DNA of 64,000 nucleotides from Acidobacteriota bacterium (GTDB lineage: Bacteria; Acidobacteriota; UBA6911; RPQK01; JAJDTT01). The first letter of the stretch is position 1, and the number at the start of each line of letters is the position of its first letter. The DNA lies in NCBI GenBank assembly GCA_965209055.1, contig OZ242374.1, forward strand, positions 5,376,001 to 5,440,000, written 5' to 3'. Below the pieces are notes generated by a model. It worked only from the letters and a program-made list of their open reading frames with translations. It searched no databases and was not told the DNA's origin. This document shows positions 46,145 to 55,701 of this stretch, piece by piece. Position numbers and translations under genes: made by a program.

Positions 46145-48086
46145 TAAGCTGAAATTCCAGAGTGGAATCGACGTAATTAACTGATTATAAATCAGATAGG
46201 TCAAGGATTCGGGTCACGCTACTGGGTACACCTGTAGGCGAACTCCCAGCCGGTCCAGCGCCTGCTGTTGCAACGGCGTCGGTCGGGTCACGATGGTGAA
46301 GGGACGGGCTCCGGGGATCTTCGGCACCACCTGATTGCGAACGATGGTCGCCAGATCCTGCAACAGCGTGCGGAAGCTGTGCACCGGCTGGCCGTCGGCC
46401 GTGCATTTGGACCGGGCTTTCTGTTGGGCGGCGCGAGACACTTCGGCCGGCGCCACCACGGAAGACCGCGGCGCACCAGCCGGATCCTGATCGTCAAACA
46501 GCAGAGGAGCCAGGCGCTGGCGCATGTGCCACTCGACGTAGTAGGCGAGCAGGCACAGGAAAACATGAGCCCACACCCGGTCGTTGCTCCAGTGATAGAT
46601 GGGGCGCACCTTCAGATCCACGGTCTTGTAGCTGCGGAAGGCCTGCTCCACGACGCTCAACCCCTTGTAGGCGCGCACCGTCGCCTCGGCTCCCATCTCC
46701 TCGGCCGACAGGCTGGTGCGGATGACGTACAGACCATCCAGGGCCGCCTCGGCCGCGATGGACTCGGCGTTTCTCTGGTAGGTGAAGGACTCCTCGGTGA
46801 TGTCGAGCTCGAAGTGCTTCGCCATCTTGTACTTGTTGACGACCTTGCCGACGCGCAGCGCAATCCGTTTCCGACCCCGGTAAGGACGGCGGTCCCGCCG
46901 GGTGGCCGCGACGATTTCATCCAACAGCTCTTCGGTCTTCGAGAGCATTTCCTGGCGCTTGCGAGTCCGCTGTCGAGCCAGCAGCGGATTGCGACAGACC
47001 ATCAACCTCTCGCCCGGGTAGGCGTCCGAACGGATTTCGACCAGGTTGATCCGGTCAAAGAGTGACATCTGCACGGCTCCGGACTCCACCAGTTGGCGGA
47101 TGGCCGGACCTCTCAGAGCCGTGATCCAATCCAGTCCCGAGGGCTGGACCTCCTCGCGGATGCGTGCCTGAGTGAGCATCCCCCGGTCCCCCACCAGGAC
47201 CACTTGGGAGAGCCCGAAGCGGTGGCGCAGCTTCTCGATCACCGGTCCCACGGTGGCGGGGTCCGACGTGTTGCCCTTGAAGACCTGGACGGCCACCGGA
47301 CAACCCTCCCGGTTGCAGATCAGGCCGAACTCGATCTGGAGTTTTCCCCGCTCGCCGTCGCGGGAGTACCCGAGCTTGTCCAGCTTGCAGCGGCGACCCT
47401 CGAGATAGAAAGAAGTCAGGTCACAAAGAACCAGGGGACCTTCGTGCAGGTGGCGCCGGGCCAGGCGCTTCTCGATGGCGTCCTGGCGTTGCAGCAGCCA
47501 GTCCATGGCGCCGTAGAGGCGGTTTTCGTCGACGTCGGCAAGGCCGAGGAGAGGGGCGAGGGAATCGGTTCGGGTGGCGAGCTTGGAGCGGGGGTAAGCG
47601 AGACGGGCGACGATCAAAGCCACCACCAGATCGCGTTGGGGACCGGGCGGACCCAGACAGCGATCCAGACCGATCTTGCGCAGGGAGCCGAGGAGGGCAG
47701 CAATGTGGCCGTGGGGTTGGGAGCGAACGATGTCGATGGAATCTTCGAAGCTCGCGACGGCGGTGCCCTTCTTGAGCAGGATGCGAAAACCCTCGACCAG
47801 TTCGGGCGGCCACTTGGAGAGATTGGCGAGGGTGCGTTTCTTGACCTTGCCGTCCTGGCGGTAGGACTCGCGCAGGAGGACGGCAGGGGGAGATTTACGG
47901 TTGGGGACGGCTTCAATGTACATGGCTACTCTATAATTTCAATAACAGTAACAGTAATAATAGATACGGAAAACCATGTCAATTCAATACATGGGTACAT
48001 TCTACGGAACGAATTTCGAGGCAAGCCTTTTCAAATCAATGACTTGTAGCGAAAATATGGGTCAGACAGGCTGGAAGTTCACACTA
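46145..48086 (-). mobile_element. IS1634 family insertion sequence
   Basis: Transposase gene plus imperfect terminal inverted repeats TAAGCTGAAATTCCAG (46145-46160) and CTGGAAGTTCACACTA (48071-48086), 12/16 match; ends approximate. Confidence 0.75.
46214..47923 (-). CDS. IS1634 family DDE transposase
   Basis: LLRESYRQDGKVKKRTLANLS, DLTS, GYSRDG, VGDRGM, YKGLSVVEQAFR, AHVFLCLLAY. Confidence 0.92.
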   Translation of the reverse strand: MYIEAVPNRKSPPAVLLRESYRQDGKVKKRTLANLSKWPPELVEGFRILLKKGTAVASFEDSIDIVRSQPHGHIAALLGSLRKIGLDRCLGPPGPQRDLVVALIVARLAYPRSKLATRTDSLAPLLGLADVDENRLYGAMDWLLQRQDAIEKRLARRHLHEGPLVLCDLTSFYLEGRRCKLDKLGYSRDGERGKLQIEFGLICNREGCPVAVQVFKGNTSDPATVGPVIEKLRHRFGLSQVVLVGDRGMLTQARIREEVQPSGLDWITALRGPAIRQLVESGAVQMSLFDRINLVEIRSDAYPGERLMVCRNPLLARQRTRKRQEMLSKTEELLDEIVAATRRDRRPYRGRKRIALRVGKVVNKYKMAKHFELDITEESFTYQRNAESIAAEAALDGLYVIRTSLSAEEMGAEATVRAYKGLSVVEQAFRSYKTVDLKVRPIYHWSNDRVWAHVFLCLLAYYVEWHMRQRLAPLLFDDQDPAGAPRSSVVAPAEVSRAAQQKARSKCTADGQPVHSFRTLLQDLATIVRNQVVPKIPGARPFTIVTRPTPLQQQALDRLGVRLQVYPVA

Positions 48087-48262
48087 GTTCGGCCTATGTG
48101 GACATGATCGAGCTGGAACCCGGCGCGATTTTCCTGGTTTACGATCGTATCCCCGGGGGTTGGAAGGGTGTTCCGCGGGACTCCCCGGAATGGAATGAAA
48201 TCTATGCTGTTCGAATCATGGTGAGTCGTGCGGCTCAAGTAGAGTCAGAAGAGACACGTTAA
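48083..48262 (+). pseudogene. 3' remnant of a BNR/sialidase-like gene
   Basis: Translates to TSSAYVDMIELEPGAIFLVYDRIPGGWKGVPRDSPEWNEIYAVRI..., matching the C-terminus of 32076-33404; begins at the IS end. Confidence 0.75.
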
Positions 48263-48307
48263 TGACCCAGCCTTCTCTGCGACGTCAGCGACGTGCCGAC
48301 CGTTCAC

Positions 48308-49711
48308 TTAATTTACAATCACTTCTCTCACTTTGATCGCCTTGCGCTGGCGGCCCTGGACGTCCAGATAGCGGAAGTCCGAATACGCGACCAGGAAACG
48401 ATCCGCACCGGTGATAACGACGTCAGTGTTGCTGCAGCTGATTTTCCCGCTCAAGTCCCACCGATCCTCAGGGGACATCGCCAGCAGCTCCGTCTCGGCT
48501 GGCCCGACCAGGGAGTGCGCGCTGCTCCAAGTCCGGCCGCTGTCCGCCGAGGCCCGGACGTGCACCCCGGGTCGGCCGTAGACCACCGCCACCGCTCCGT
48601 TTTCCAGACGGCGAAGATGTGGAGTGACACTGAACGCAGCCAGCTCGCGCGGCGGCGTCCAGGTGTGGCCGCCATCGGAAGAGCGAGCCGCCGCCAAATA
48701 GTTGCTGGCCTTGGGATCGCGACCCAACTGAGTCCGCATGACGCACAATATGTCGCCATTGGGCATTCGCTCGATCGATTGCTCACCACACCCGTATCCG
48801 AAGGTCGCCAGACCGGCCTGGTCGGCAATGGTCCCGCGGACTCGCCAGCTTCGCCCCCCGTCGCTCGAGGCCAGGCACTGAACCCGAAAAAACGTCCTTT
48901 CAAAGCGTGGATCTTGCGTCGAGTGGGCCCATAGAAGAGTGCCGTCCGCCAGGGCCAAGACCACCTTGGGCCAGTCCGGCGGCCGAAAAATACTGCCAGC
49001 CTGATAATAAGGGCTGACTCTCACCACTCGTGGCAAATCATGCCACTCCCCGGTGGCATCTCTTGCCTGGACCAGGACACCCAAGAGCAGGTCCGAAGGT
49101 TCAACGGTGCCGTACTCGTCTTGCCAGGGAGCGTCAGGATTGGCACGTGCCGTCAGGGGAAATCGGCGGACCCGCTGGGGCAGATCGACGTACCGATAGT
49201 AGGAGAAAACCTGGACATTCCAGGCGTCTCGAAAGGTCATGACCGGTTTCAAACCCAACTCGTCAAGGGAGATCTCTTCTCGATTCCGGTGACCGTAGCT
49301 GGAGTAATGATAGACGTACTTCTCAGTACCGAAAGCGACCTGCTCTCCGGTCGGCAGGGTCAGAATATCGGGTGAGAAATCGACTTGATTCTCGGGGATC
49401 GGCTGCCAGGACCGGCCCTCATCACGGGAGACGAAAAACTTTGTCGGCTGGTGTACGCCGACTTCCGCATCTTCCCCCACGTTCATCGCCAGATAGATCT
49501 GGCCGCCGCGGCCCCGCCACATATCGGGGAATTGGTAAAATCCCCAGCGTTTTTCGCCGGGCGGACTCACGGCCACGATCACCGGCTCGCCGAGGGTCAC
49601 TTCCGGAACGGCGGAAACACTTTCCGATTCCCCTGCGTCATGGGTGCAACTGCCCAAAGCGCACAGGAGAATCAGGACACCCGTTCTTGCCACTTCTTTG
49701 CCTTTGCGCAT
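48308..49711 (-). CDS. BNR/Asp-box lipoprotein
   Basis: LGSC lipobox; SRDEGRSW, SSDGGRSW, SSDGGHTW, SADSGRTW; paralog of 61101-62537. Confidence 0.82.
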   Translation of the reverse strand: MRKGKEVARTGVLILLCALGSCTHDAGESESVSAVPEVTLGEPVIVAVSPPGEKRWGFYQFPDMWRGRGGQIYLAMNVGEDAEVGVHQPTKFFVSRDEGRSWQPIPENQVDFSPDILTLPTGEQVAFGTEKYVYHYSSYGHRNREEISLDELGLKPVMTFRDAWNVQVFSYYRYVDLPQRVRRFPLTARANPDAPWQDEYGTVEPSDLLLGVLVQARDATGEWHDLPRVVRVSPYYQAGSIFRPPDWPKVVLALADGTLLWAHSTQDPRFERTFFRVQCLASSDGGRSWRVRGTIADQAGLATFGYGCGEQSIERMPNGDILCVMRTQLGRDPKASNYLAAARSSDGGHTWTPPRELAAFSVTPHLRRLENGAVAVVYGRPGVHVRASADSGRTWSSAHSLVGPAETELLAMSPEDRWDLSGKISCSNTDVVITGADRFLVAYSDFRYLDVQGRQRKAIKVREVIVN

Positions 49712-49826
49712 CTGTTCTCGGTTTCCGACACCGGAAACGGTCCGCTCAGCTCTTCTTTTCAGTCCTTCCGGAGGGCCGGCAGGCCCAGCCTCAGCCCGGC
49801 AATTCGGCAAAGCAGCTTCCAGCTTG

Positions 49827-50480
49827 TCACACGCCAATAGTGAGACGCATCACGCCGTCACTTCGACCGTATCCGCGCCCGTGGAGGCACGGAAGAAAAA
49901 GCATCGGAGGGGATCCACCCTCAGGGGCGGGATGCCCACTCTCCAGCACCAGGTCCTGTCCCAGGCCCGGGATATGCAGATGGCGCCAGACTTCGTAGGG
50001 GAAGGTGTTGGTAGAGCCTCCTCCTTCGTGCATGGGACGGCGGTAGATGCCCCCGGAGGGGTGGGACTCCACTTCGTCCGGCGGGCCGTGGATCACGTAG
50101 ATCCGGCCCCGGTCCGTCTGCCACCCCGGCCTGCCGCTGCCGAACCTCACGTTGACGAATGCGAGGCGCCGGTAGTGCTCTTCCTTGAACTCGTTGACGC
50201 TCGTTCTCATGTCCGGGTCCCGCCGGTACCAGAACTGCTGGATGAACTTCTCCTTCTCCTCGGGGGTGGTCAGACGCTGGAAGACACCCTCCTCCTCGTC
50301 CGGTTTGATGTGGACCACGTCTTCCCTGAGCCATCTTCGGAAATAATCTTCTCGATCTTTCCGACGGGCGGCTTCCTCTCCTCCCTGGCTCAGCGTGCGT
50401 CCCCAGGACGGGACAGCAGCCAGCCAGAGGACGGACACAGCAGCAACCAGCAGGAAGTTAGAGAGAGGCCTCGTCGCCAT
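49827..50480 (-). pseudogene. C-terminally truncated GWxTD gene
   Basis: GWQTDRGRIYVIHGPP; similarity to 23912-25618 ends at GQDLVLE (~49940). Confidence 0.65.
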
Positions 50481-50602
50481 TCTTCCTCCCACAAGAAAAG
50501 ATCCGAGATGTGGGAATCGAGTTGTGGACATCCTACCTCAGTGGGGAGTCCATGCCACCGCGAACCGTCTCACCGTGAACCGTCGTTCGGAAGCGGCGGC
50601 GG

Positions 50603-51601
50603 TTACCCCTCCCGGCTCAGGTCAATCGGATTGGACCAGGCACGGCCGTCCTCGCCGTCCCACAGCTCGACCCGGACGTAACATCCCACGACTCGAGGCC
50701 GCTCCCAGTAGCCCCGGTCCAGGAACCGCTCGGTCATCTCAGCGATCTTGCCGGGAGTAGCCAGGGCCGAAAGCGGTGCACGGGCCTCCGTCAGGCGGTC
50801 ACCCGCTGGCGCCACCCGGCGGACGCCGAGCCAGGGTGACGAGGCGAACCAGACCGAACGAACGGGCGTGGTCTTCACCCGGATCTCGCCGTCCTCTACC
50901 GCGATCTCCTCGATTCGAGGTCCGGTCGTGGAGTAGAAGCGGCCCTGCCGGATGGCCTCCAGAATTTCGGCGGAAGTCCGAGTCCGAGCCCAGACCATAA
51001 TCCAGGCTTCGGCCTGATCACGGAACGGCTGCCGGCCCAGTGGAGCAAAGGTCAGCTCGGGACGGACTCCGCTGTGCCGATCGTCGCTGGCCACGCCCCA
51101 GAGCCTGTGCCCCCCGGCCAGCAATTCGTCCCACTGGGCGGTGGAATCGCCACGGCGCCCGTTCCAGTGGTTGGGCGCATTGAAGATCTCGATTCCCACC
51201 AGACCCTTCAATCGGGAAATGGCGGCGGAAGAGATACCACTCAGGGAAGGATGGGAGAGAAAGGGGATTCCACCCTGCTCCAGCACTTCATCGATAACTC
51301 GCTGTGGACTTGCCATATAGCCCGCCATCCGCTGTATACCCAGGGCCAGGACCTCGGCCGGAAAGGTCTCCTGCCACTTGACCCCGATCTCGGCACCGGG
51401 CAGGACGAGGATCTTGCGGGATGGGTGCCCGCTGACATCGGTGACCAAGTTGTGGTCGGTGACGAAAAGGAAATCGTACCCGTGGCGGGCGTACCACGTC
51501 GCCAGTTCGTTCAGGCCGAAGAGACCGTCCGAATTGGTGGTGTGACTGTGGACGTTGCCCCGGTACCATTGGCCCGGGCCTTCAAAGAGATGCATCGGCA
51601 T
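50603..51601 (-). CDS. PHP-family (CehA/McbA-like) metallohydrolase, copy 2
   Basis: Nearly identical to 41326-42360. Confidence 0.85.
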   Translation of the reverse strand: MPMHLFEGPGQWYRGNVHSHTTNSDGLFGLNELATWYARHGYDFLFVTDHNLVTDVSGHPSRKILVLPGAEIGVKWQETFPAEVLALGIQRMAGYMASPQRVIDEVLEQGGIPFLSHPSLSGISSAAISRLKGLVGIEIFNAPNHWNGRRGDSTAQWDELLAGGHRLWGVASDDRHSGVRPELTFAPLGRQPFRDQAEAWIMVWARTRTSAEILEAIRQGRFYSTTGPRIEEIAVEDGEIRVKTTPVRSVWFASSPWLGVRRVAPAGDRLTEARAPLSALATPGKIAEMTERFLDRGYWERPRVVGCYVRVELWDGEDGRAWSNPIDLSREG

Positions 51602-51632
51602 TTCTCAAAACCACCTGCTTCCAAGTTTCAGG

Positions 51633-52778
51633 TCAGTCCCCCTCCAGCCTCAACCTGCAGTAACGCGCATGGGTGTCGCCCGACTGCGTGCACCAGAAGC
51701 TGACCATCAGCTCATTCGCGGTCAGGCCGATGATCTGGGGAGCCCCGTAGGCGATGACGTCATGACTGCTGGGATATCGGTCGGTCCGGGGCACGCCTAG
51801 CGCCTCCTTGCCGTAGGCGTCCCAGACCACCACCGGATCCTGGCTCCAGGTCTCTCCCCCATCCTCGGAGAAGATGAGCTTGATGCCGGGTTGGTCCGTA
51901 TTTTCCCGGTGGGAATAGACCAGAACCAGCCGGCCCGCGCCCATCTCTACCAGCCCACTGGTCTGCCCCGGGATCTTCGACGCCCGAGGACGGCTCCAGG
52001 TCCTTCCCGACGCGTCTAGAGAGGTCACGAAGTGGAGATCGAAGAACTGGGTCATTGCCAGGTTTCCGGTCCAGAGAGAGCCCAGCAGCCGCCCATTGGA
52101 CAAGCGGATGAAACTCCCATGGGAATAGGAGCGGTCTTCGGCGGTCCCATCGGCCACGTCCACCCAGTCGCCCCAACTCTTGCCGGCGTCGCTGGAGAAA
52201 AGGGCGAAGGTCTTATTCAAGTGAGGGCCGGCATTGTCGTAGGACTTCCATGTCTCGAAGATCTGCATCCAGTTTCCGTCTTCCAGTTCGATGGCGGGAC
52301 CGTCCGCCGCCGGCTCCAGTCCGGAAGGCAGGGGCGGCAAGCTGGCCTGCGGCGGGTCGGACCAGGTCCTGCCCCCGTCGAAGGAGCGGAGATAGAGGGT
52401 CTGGCAGTGACTAATGCCGCCAGTTTCCTGGTTGAAATAGAAATGGTCCGGGTCGGAATGCTCCGCTCGATTCACCTTCATCGCCAAGCTGCCGTCATGG
52501 AGCATCGTGATCTGGGCGCCCCGGTAATTGTAGTGGCTGTCGTCGCGGGAGCGGTCGCGAATGGAACCCTCGTGCTCCCACGTCTCTCCTCCGTCGTTGG
52601 ACCGGAGCTGGTGAATCATCCCGTCGCGGGAGTACATGGCCTGGCCATATCGGAAGACGCAGATCAATTCCTTCCCTGAGAGCGGCTGCACGCAAGGAGC
52701 GTAGGCGATGATGGCCCGATGACCCGGATGGGGATTGCGGTACAGGACACCTTGATCCAAGATTCTGAGAGCATTCAT
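51633..52778 (-). CDS. BNR/Asp-box (sialidase-like) protein without an obvious signal peptide
   Basis: SNDGGETW, SFDGGRTW, SSDAGKSW, SEDGGETW; IAYGAP; start placed at 52778. Confidence 0.8.
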   Translation of the reverse strand: MNALRILDQGVLYRNPHPGHRAIIAYAPCVQPLSGKELICVFRYGQAMYSRDGMIHQLRSNDGGETWEHEGSIRDRSRDDSHYNYRGAQITMLHDGSLAMKVNRAEHSDPDHFYFNQETGGISHCQTLYLRSFDGGRTWSDPPQASLPPLPSGLEPAADGPAIELEDGNWMQIFETWKSYDNAGPHLNKTFALFSSDAGKSWGDWVDVADGTAEDRSYSHGSFIRLSNGRLLGSLWTGNLAMTQFFDLHFVTSLDASGRTWSRPRASKIPGQTSGLVEMGAGRLVLVYSHRENTDQPGIKLIFSEDGGETWSQDPVVVWDAYGKEALGVPRTDRYPSSHDVIAYGAPQIIGLTANELMVSFWCTQSGDTHARYCRLRLEGD

Positions 52779-52878
52779 GATGGTCTTGGTTACCTCATCT
52801 TGATCTGGCCGGTACTGGGCGGGGAACCCTTCCCTGGCCCGTCCCGGGTCTGTGAGTATGCGGCCAGGGGATTTTGCA

Positions 52879-54732
52879 TCAACTGTAGCCGAGTCGGATG
52901 CGAACATCTACGATCTGTACGGGCTCGGCGGGATCACCCCGAGGGGGAGGTTCGACAGTTACCCGAAGTGTGTTCTTGCCTTTTTTCAAGTTCCGCGGAT
53001 CGATTTTGAATTCAACCCAGCCCGCGTCGGCTATCCAACCGACGCCATACCCTCCGTAGCGTTTGACTTTCGCTTCAACGGGCTCGGAAAGGGAGACGCC
53101 GTTGAGTTCCCACTTGAATCGGCGGCGGTCCGCTCCCTCGGCCCGCTCAAGGTCCCAGCTCGCAATGGCCGGAGGACGGGTCGAATCGGCGGTACTGTAT
53201 TGAGCCTGCACAAAAACTTCCGACGCGCTGGTGGGATCATCGGCGATCTTCAGCTGGAAGGTAGCTTCTGACTGACCCGCCTGGGTGGAAAAAGCCCGGG
53301 GCAGTTGACTGGCCAGACACCCATCGGCCAGACAGCCGAGCCGGGCGTAGCCGGGATCGATCCGGTAGACCTTGTTCCGCCGGGCCAGGGCCTTCGGGTC
53401 TTCTATCGAAGGCATCTTGCCGTAATCTGCGGAATTAGTGGGGCCGTGGTGAGTGTGCCAGTCATAGAGACAGATGCCGTCGGCCCCTGCTTCCCAGAAG
53501 CGGTAGCTGGCGGCGTCGACGGCTTCGTAGTTGGAAGCCAAGCCTCCTTCCATCTCAGGGTCCCGAACATCCCACTTGGGCCGTCCAGTCTGAAATGGTA
53601 CGTAGATTCGATCCAGACACCCATAGACAGGAACGTCATAACGGTGGCCCAGGGCGACCCATTCTTCGATCGGCATCGTGAACGGCATCCCACCGGAGCC
53701 AGCCAGCAGAAGATCGATCCACCCTTTCCTAGCCCACGTCTCGGGATCCAGGCCCAGAGACAGTGAAAGCTCCAGCGAATCAGGCGTGCGACCGCTGGCC
53801 AACAGGATGGGTCGGCCGCGCCGTTCTCCGTAGTAATCCAGACGCTGGCGCACTTGGTGGACAAAGTCGTTCATCACGGAAATATTGCGCCGTTCCTGCC
53901 CCAACTTGAAGAAACCGTAATGACGGGCCCAGTCCAATTCCACACCGTCCAGGTCGTAGCGCTCGCAGGCACCTTCAATCACTTGCAGGTAGCGGGCCCT
54001 GACTTCGGCACGAGCCCAGTCATAGCCGCCCCAGAACCACAGATCGCGCGAAGCCACGCCCTCCCGTTGAAACACGTCCTTCAGGGGGTGCGTTGCTTCC
54101 GATTGCCTGAGAAGCTCCGTCTCCTTCTCGGGGTGATACAGCTTCGCCTTCCAACGCTGTTCCTCGATGGGCATGAATCGACCCAGCCAGGGGACAATCT
54201 TTTCTTCCCAGTGGGTTCGTGAGATATAACCAAGCAGGAGTTCAGGATGGGCCAACTTGAAGGAGGACCAGTATCCGGCTTTCGGAGCGTAACGCGAGCA
54301 GTGCACATCGTTCATGCGTATGGAATAGAAGAACTCCTTGTGATGTTTGTGGGCGAAGTCGACGACATGCTGGACCGGATTCGGCCCCAACAATTCAATG
54401 TATTTTTTCGGGAACTCCCAATCCGGCTCATTGGTGCGCGCGCAGTAGAGGATGGTCGCCACGGACGTGCCCTCCAAGAATCGCAAGGTTCCGTCCCAGA
54501 ACTGCTCGACCGATTCCAGAGGAATCGGCCATTTTCCACCAGCGTAAGCCATCGACTGAATGTCGCTGCCATCGTTGTTCCAGATGATAGGGCGCCTTTG
54601 CAATCTTGCCTTCGTTCTCTCGCGAACGATCTCCGGCTGCAAGAACCGGCTACCTCGTGCGGACGGTAAAGTCGCAGAGGTCCACAGCCCAACTCCCCCG
54701 ATGCCTTGCAGAAAGACCCTTCGATTTTTCAT
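52879..54732 (-). CDS. Tat-exported GHL10-like TIM-barrel protein (paralog 4)
   Basis: NRRVFL; family motifs. Confidence 0.75.
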   Translation of the reverse strand: MKNRRVFLQGIGGVGLWTSATLPSARGSRFLQPEIVRERTKARLQRRPIIWNNDGSDIQSMAYAGGKWPIPLESVEQFWDGTLRFLEGTSVATILYCARTNEPDWEFPKKYIELLGPNPVQHVVDFAHKHHKEFFYSIRMNDVHCSRYAPKAGYWSSFKLAHPELLLGYISRTHWEEKIVPWLGRFMPIEEQRWKAKLYHPEKETELLRQSEATHPLKDVFQREGVASRDLWFWGGYDWARAEVRARYLQVIEGACERYDLDGVELDWARHYGFFKLGQERRNISVMNDFVHQVRQRLDYYGERRGRPILLASGRTPDSLELSLSLGLDPETWARKGWIDLLLAGSGGMPFTMPIEEWVALGHRYDVPVYGCLDRIYVPFQTGRPKWDVRDPEMEGGLASNYEAVDAASYRFWEAGADGICLYDWHTHHGPTNSADYGKMPSIEDPKALARRNKVYRIDPGYARLGCLADGCLASQLPRAFSTQAGQSEATFQLKIADDPTSASEVFVQAQYSTADSTRPPAIASWDLERAEGADRRRFKWELNGVSLSEPVEAKVKRYGGYGVGWIADAGWVEFKIDPRNLKKGKNTLRVTVEPPPRGDPAEPVQIVDVRIRLGYS

Positions 54733-54833
54733 ACTTCCCCCCTTCTTGGATCTTGAGCAAGGGGAAATCAGGAGGACGGTGCCGGAAACTGAATTCTGCT
54801 ATAAATTAAAAAAATGGACAGAGGACGAAATCG

Positions 54834-55613
54834 ATGCCCCGATGTTTGCAAATCTTTTTCATCACCGTCATGACCGCAACCTGGCTGGCTGGCGAGGTGA
54901 TCTACCGCGAAACCTTTGACCAAGGGAACGGCTCCACGGGACCTCAGCAAGGTTGGACGGTGGGCAAGAATACGGAAATCAATCGAGGTCCTGAGACTTG
55001 GCACAAGAACATTTTGGGGTACATGGGTTGGGGAGCTCCCTTGGAATGGACCCCCCAGGGGGGTCGATCAGGAGGCTATGCTACCTCCTCTTCACCCTGG
55101 TACTTCGACGATAACCACGGAGAGTTCTTTTGGTTTCATATCGTCCTCCGGGTTCGCCAAACAAAAGATATCGGCATTCAGGGCAAAGATCTCCGTAACG
55201 CCCGGGTAGAGCTCTCGCTGAGGGGCCGCGACTTGGCCGTAAACGACTTGAAACTGTATTTTTGGATTCAAGGAGAGGGCGGACGCAGTGGCTACTATAC
55301 AAAACCCGCCTTGGTGAACTGGGCCCTGACATCCGAGCCTCTGGAGGACGCGCTACGCGATGGTCAATGGAACGACGTGTCCTTTCAGCTCACGACCGAC
55401 GAAACTCGATGGAGCCAACTGGGTTTGATCAACGGAGGTCTGGCCAGGAAGATCAGGGTGATTCAGAGTCGCACCATGGCGGACGGATTTCTCGAAGGGA
55501 TCCTCGCCGGCAAGCATTGGAACTTTGGCTTTCTGCTCTGCGGTATCGATCCTCGAGACCTCCCGCAGGGCAAGATCGACATTGATGAATTCAGAATCGT
55601 CGCATCCGAGTAA
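54834..55613 (+). CDS. Secreted protein of unassigned family (paralog 1)
   Basis: Signal peptide; TWHKNILG, GGRSGG, SPWYFDDNHGEF, GLINGGL shared with 59329 and 60152. Confidence 0.75.
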   Translation: MPRCLQIFFITVMTATWLAGEVIYRETFDQGNGSTGPQQGWTVGKNTEINRGPETWHKNILGYMGWGAPLEWTPQGGRSGGYATSSSPWYFDDNHGEFFWFHIVLRVRQTKDIGIQGKDLRNARVELSLRGRDLAVNDLKLYFWIQGEGGRSGYYTKPALVNWALTSEPLEDALRDGQWNDVSFQLTTDETRWSQLGLINGGLARKIRVIQSRTMADGFLEGILAGKHWNFGFLLCGIDPRDLPQGKIDIDEFRIVASE

Positions 55614-55701
55614 AGGCTATCCAAGTCGCAGTAGTGCCTGAGGCACCGGCCGCGTCGACCAACTGGGCTTCCGGCGACGGTGAGTGCGAATTATGCTTCC
55701 G

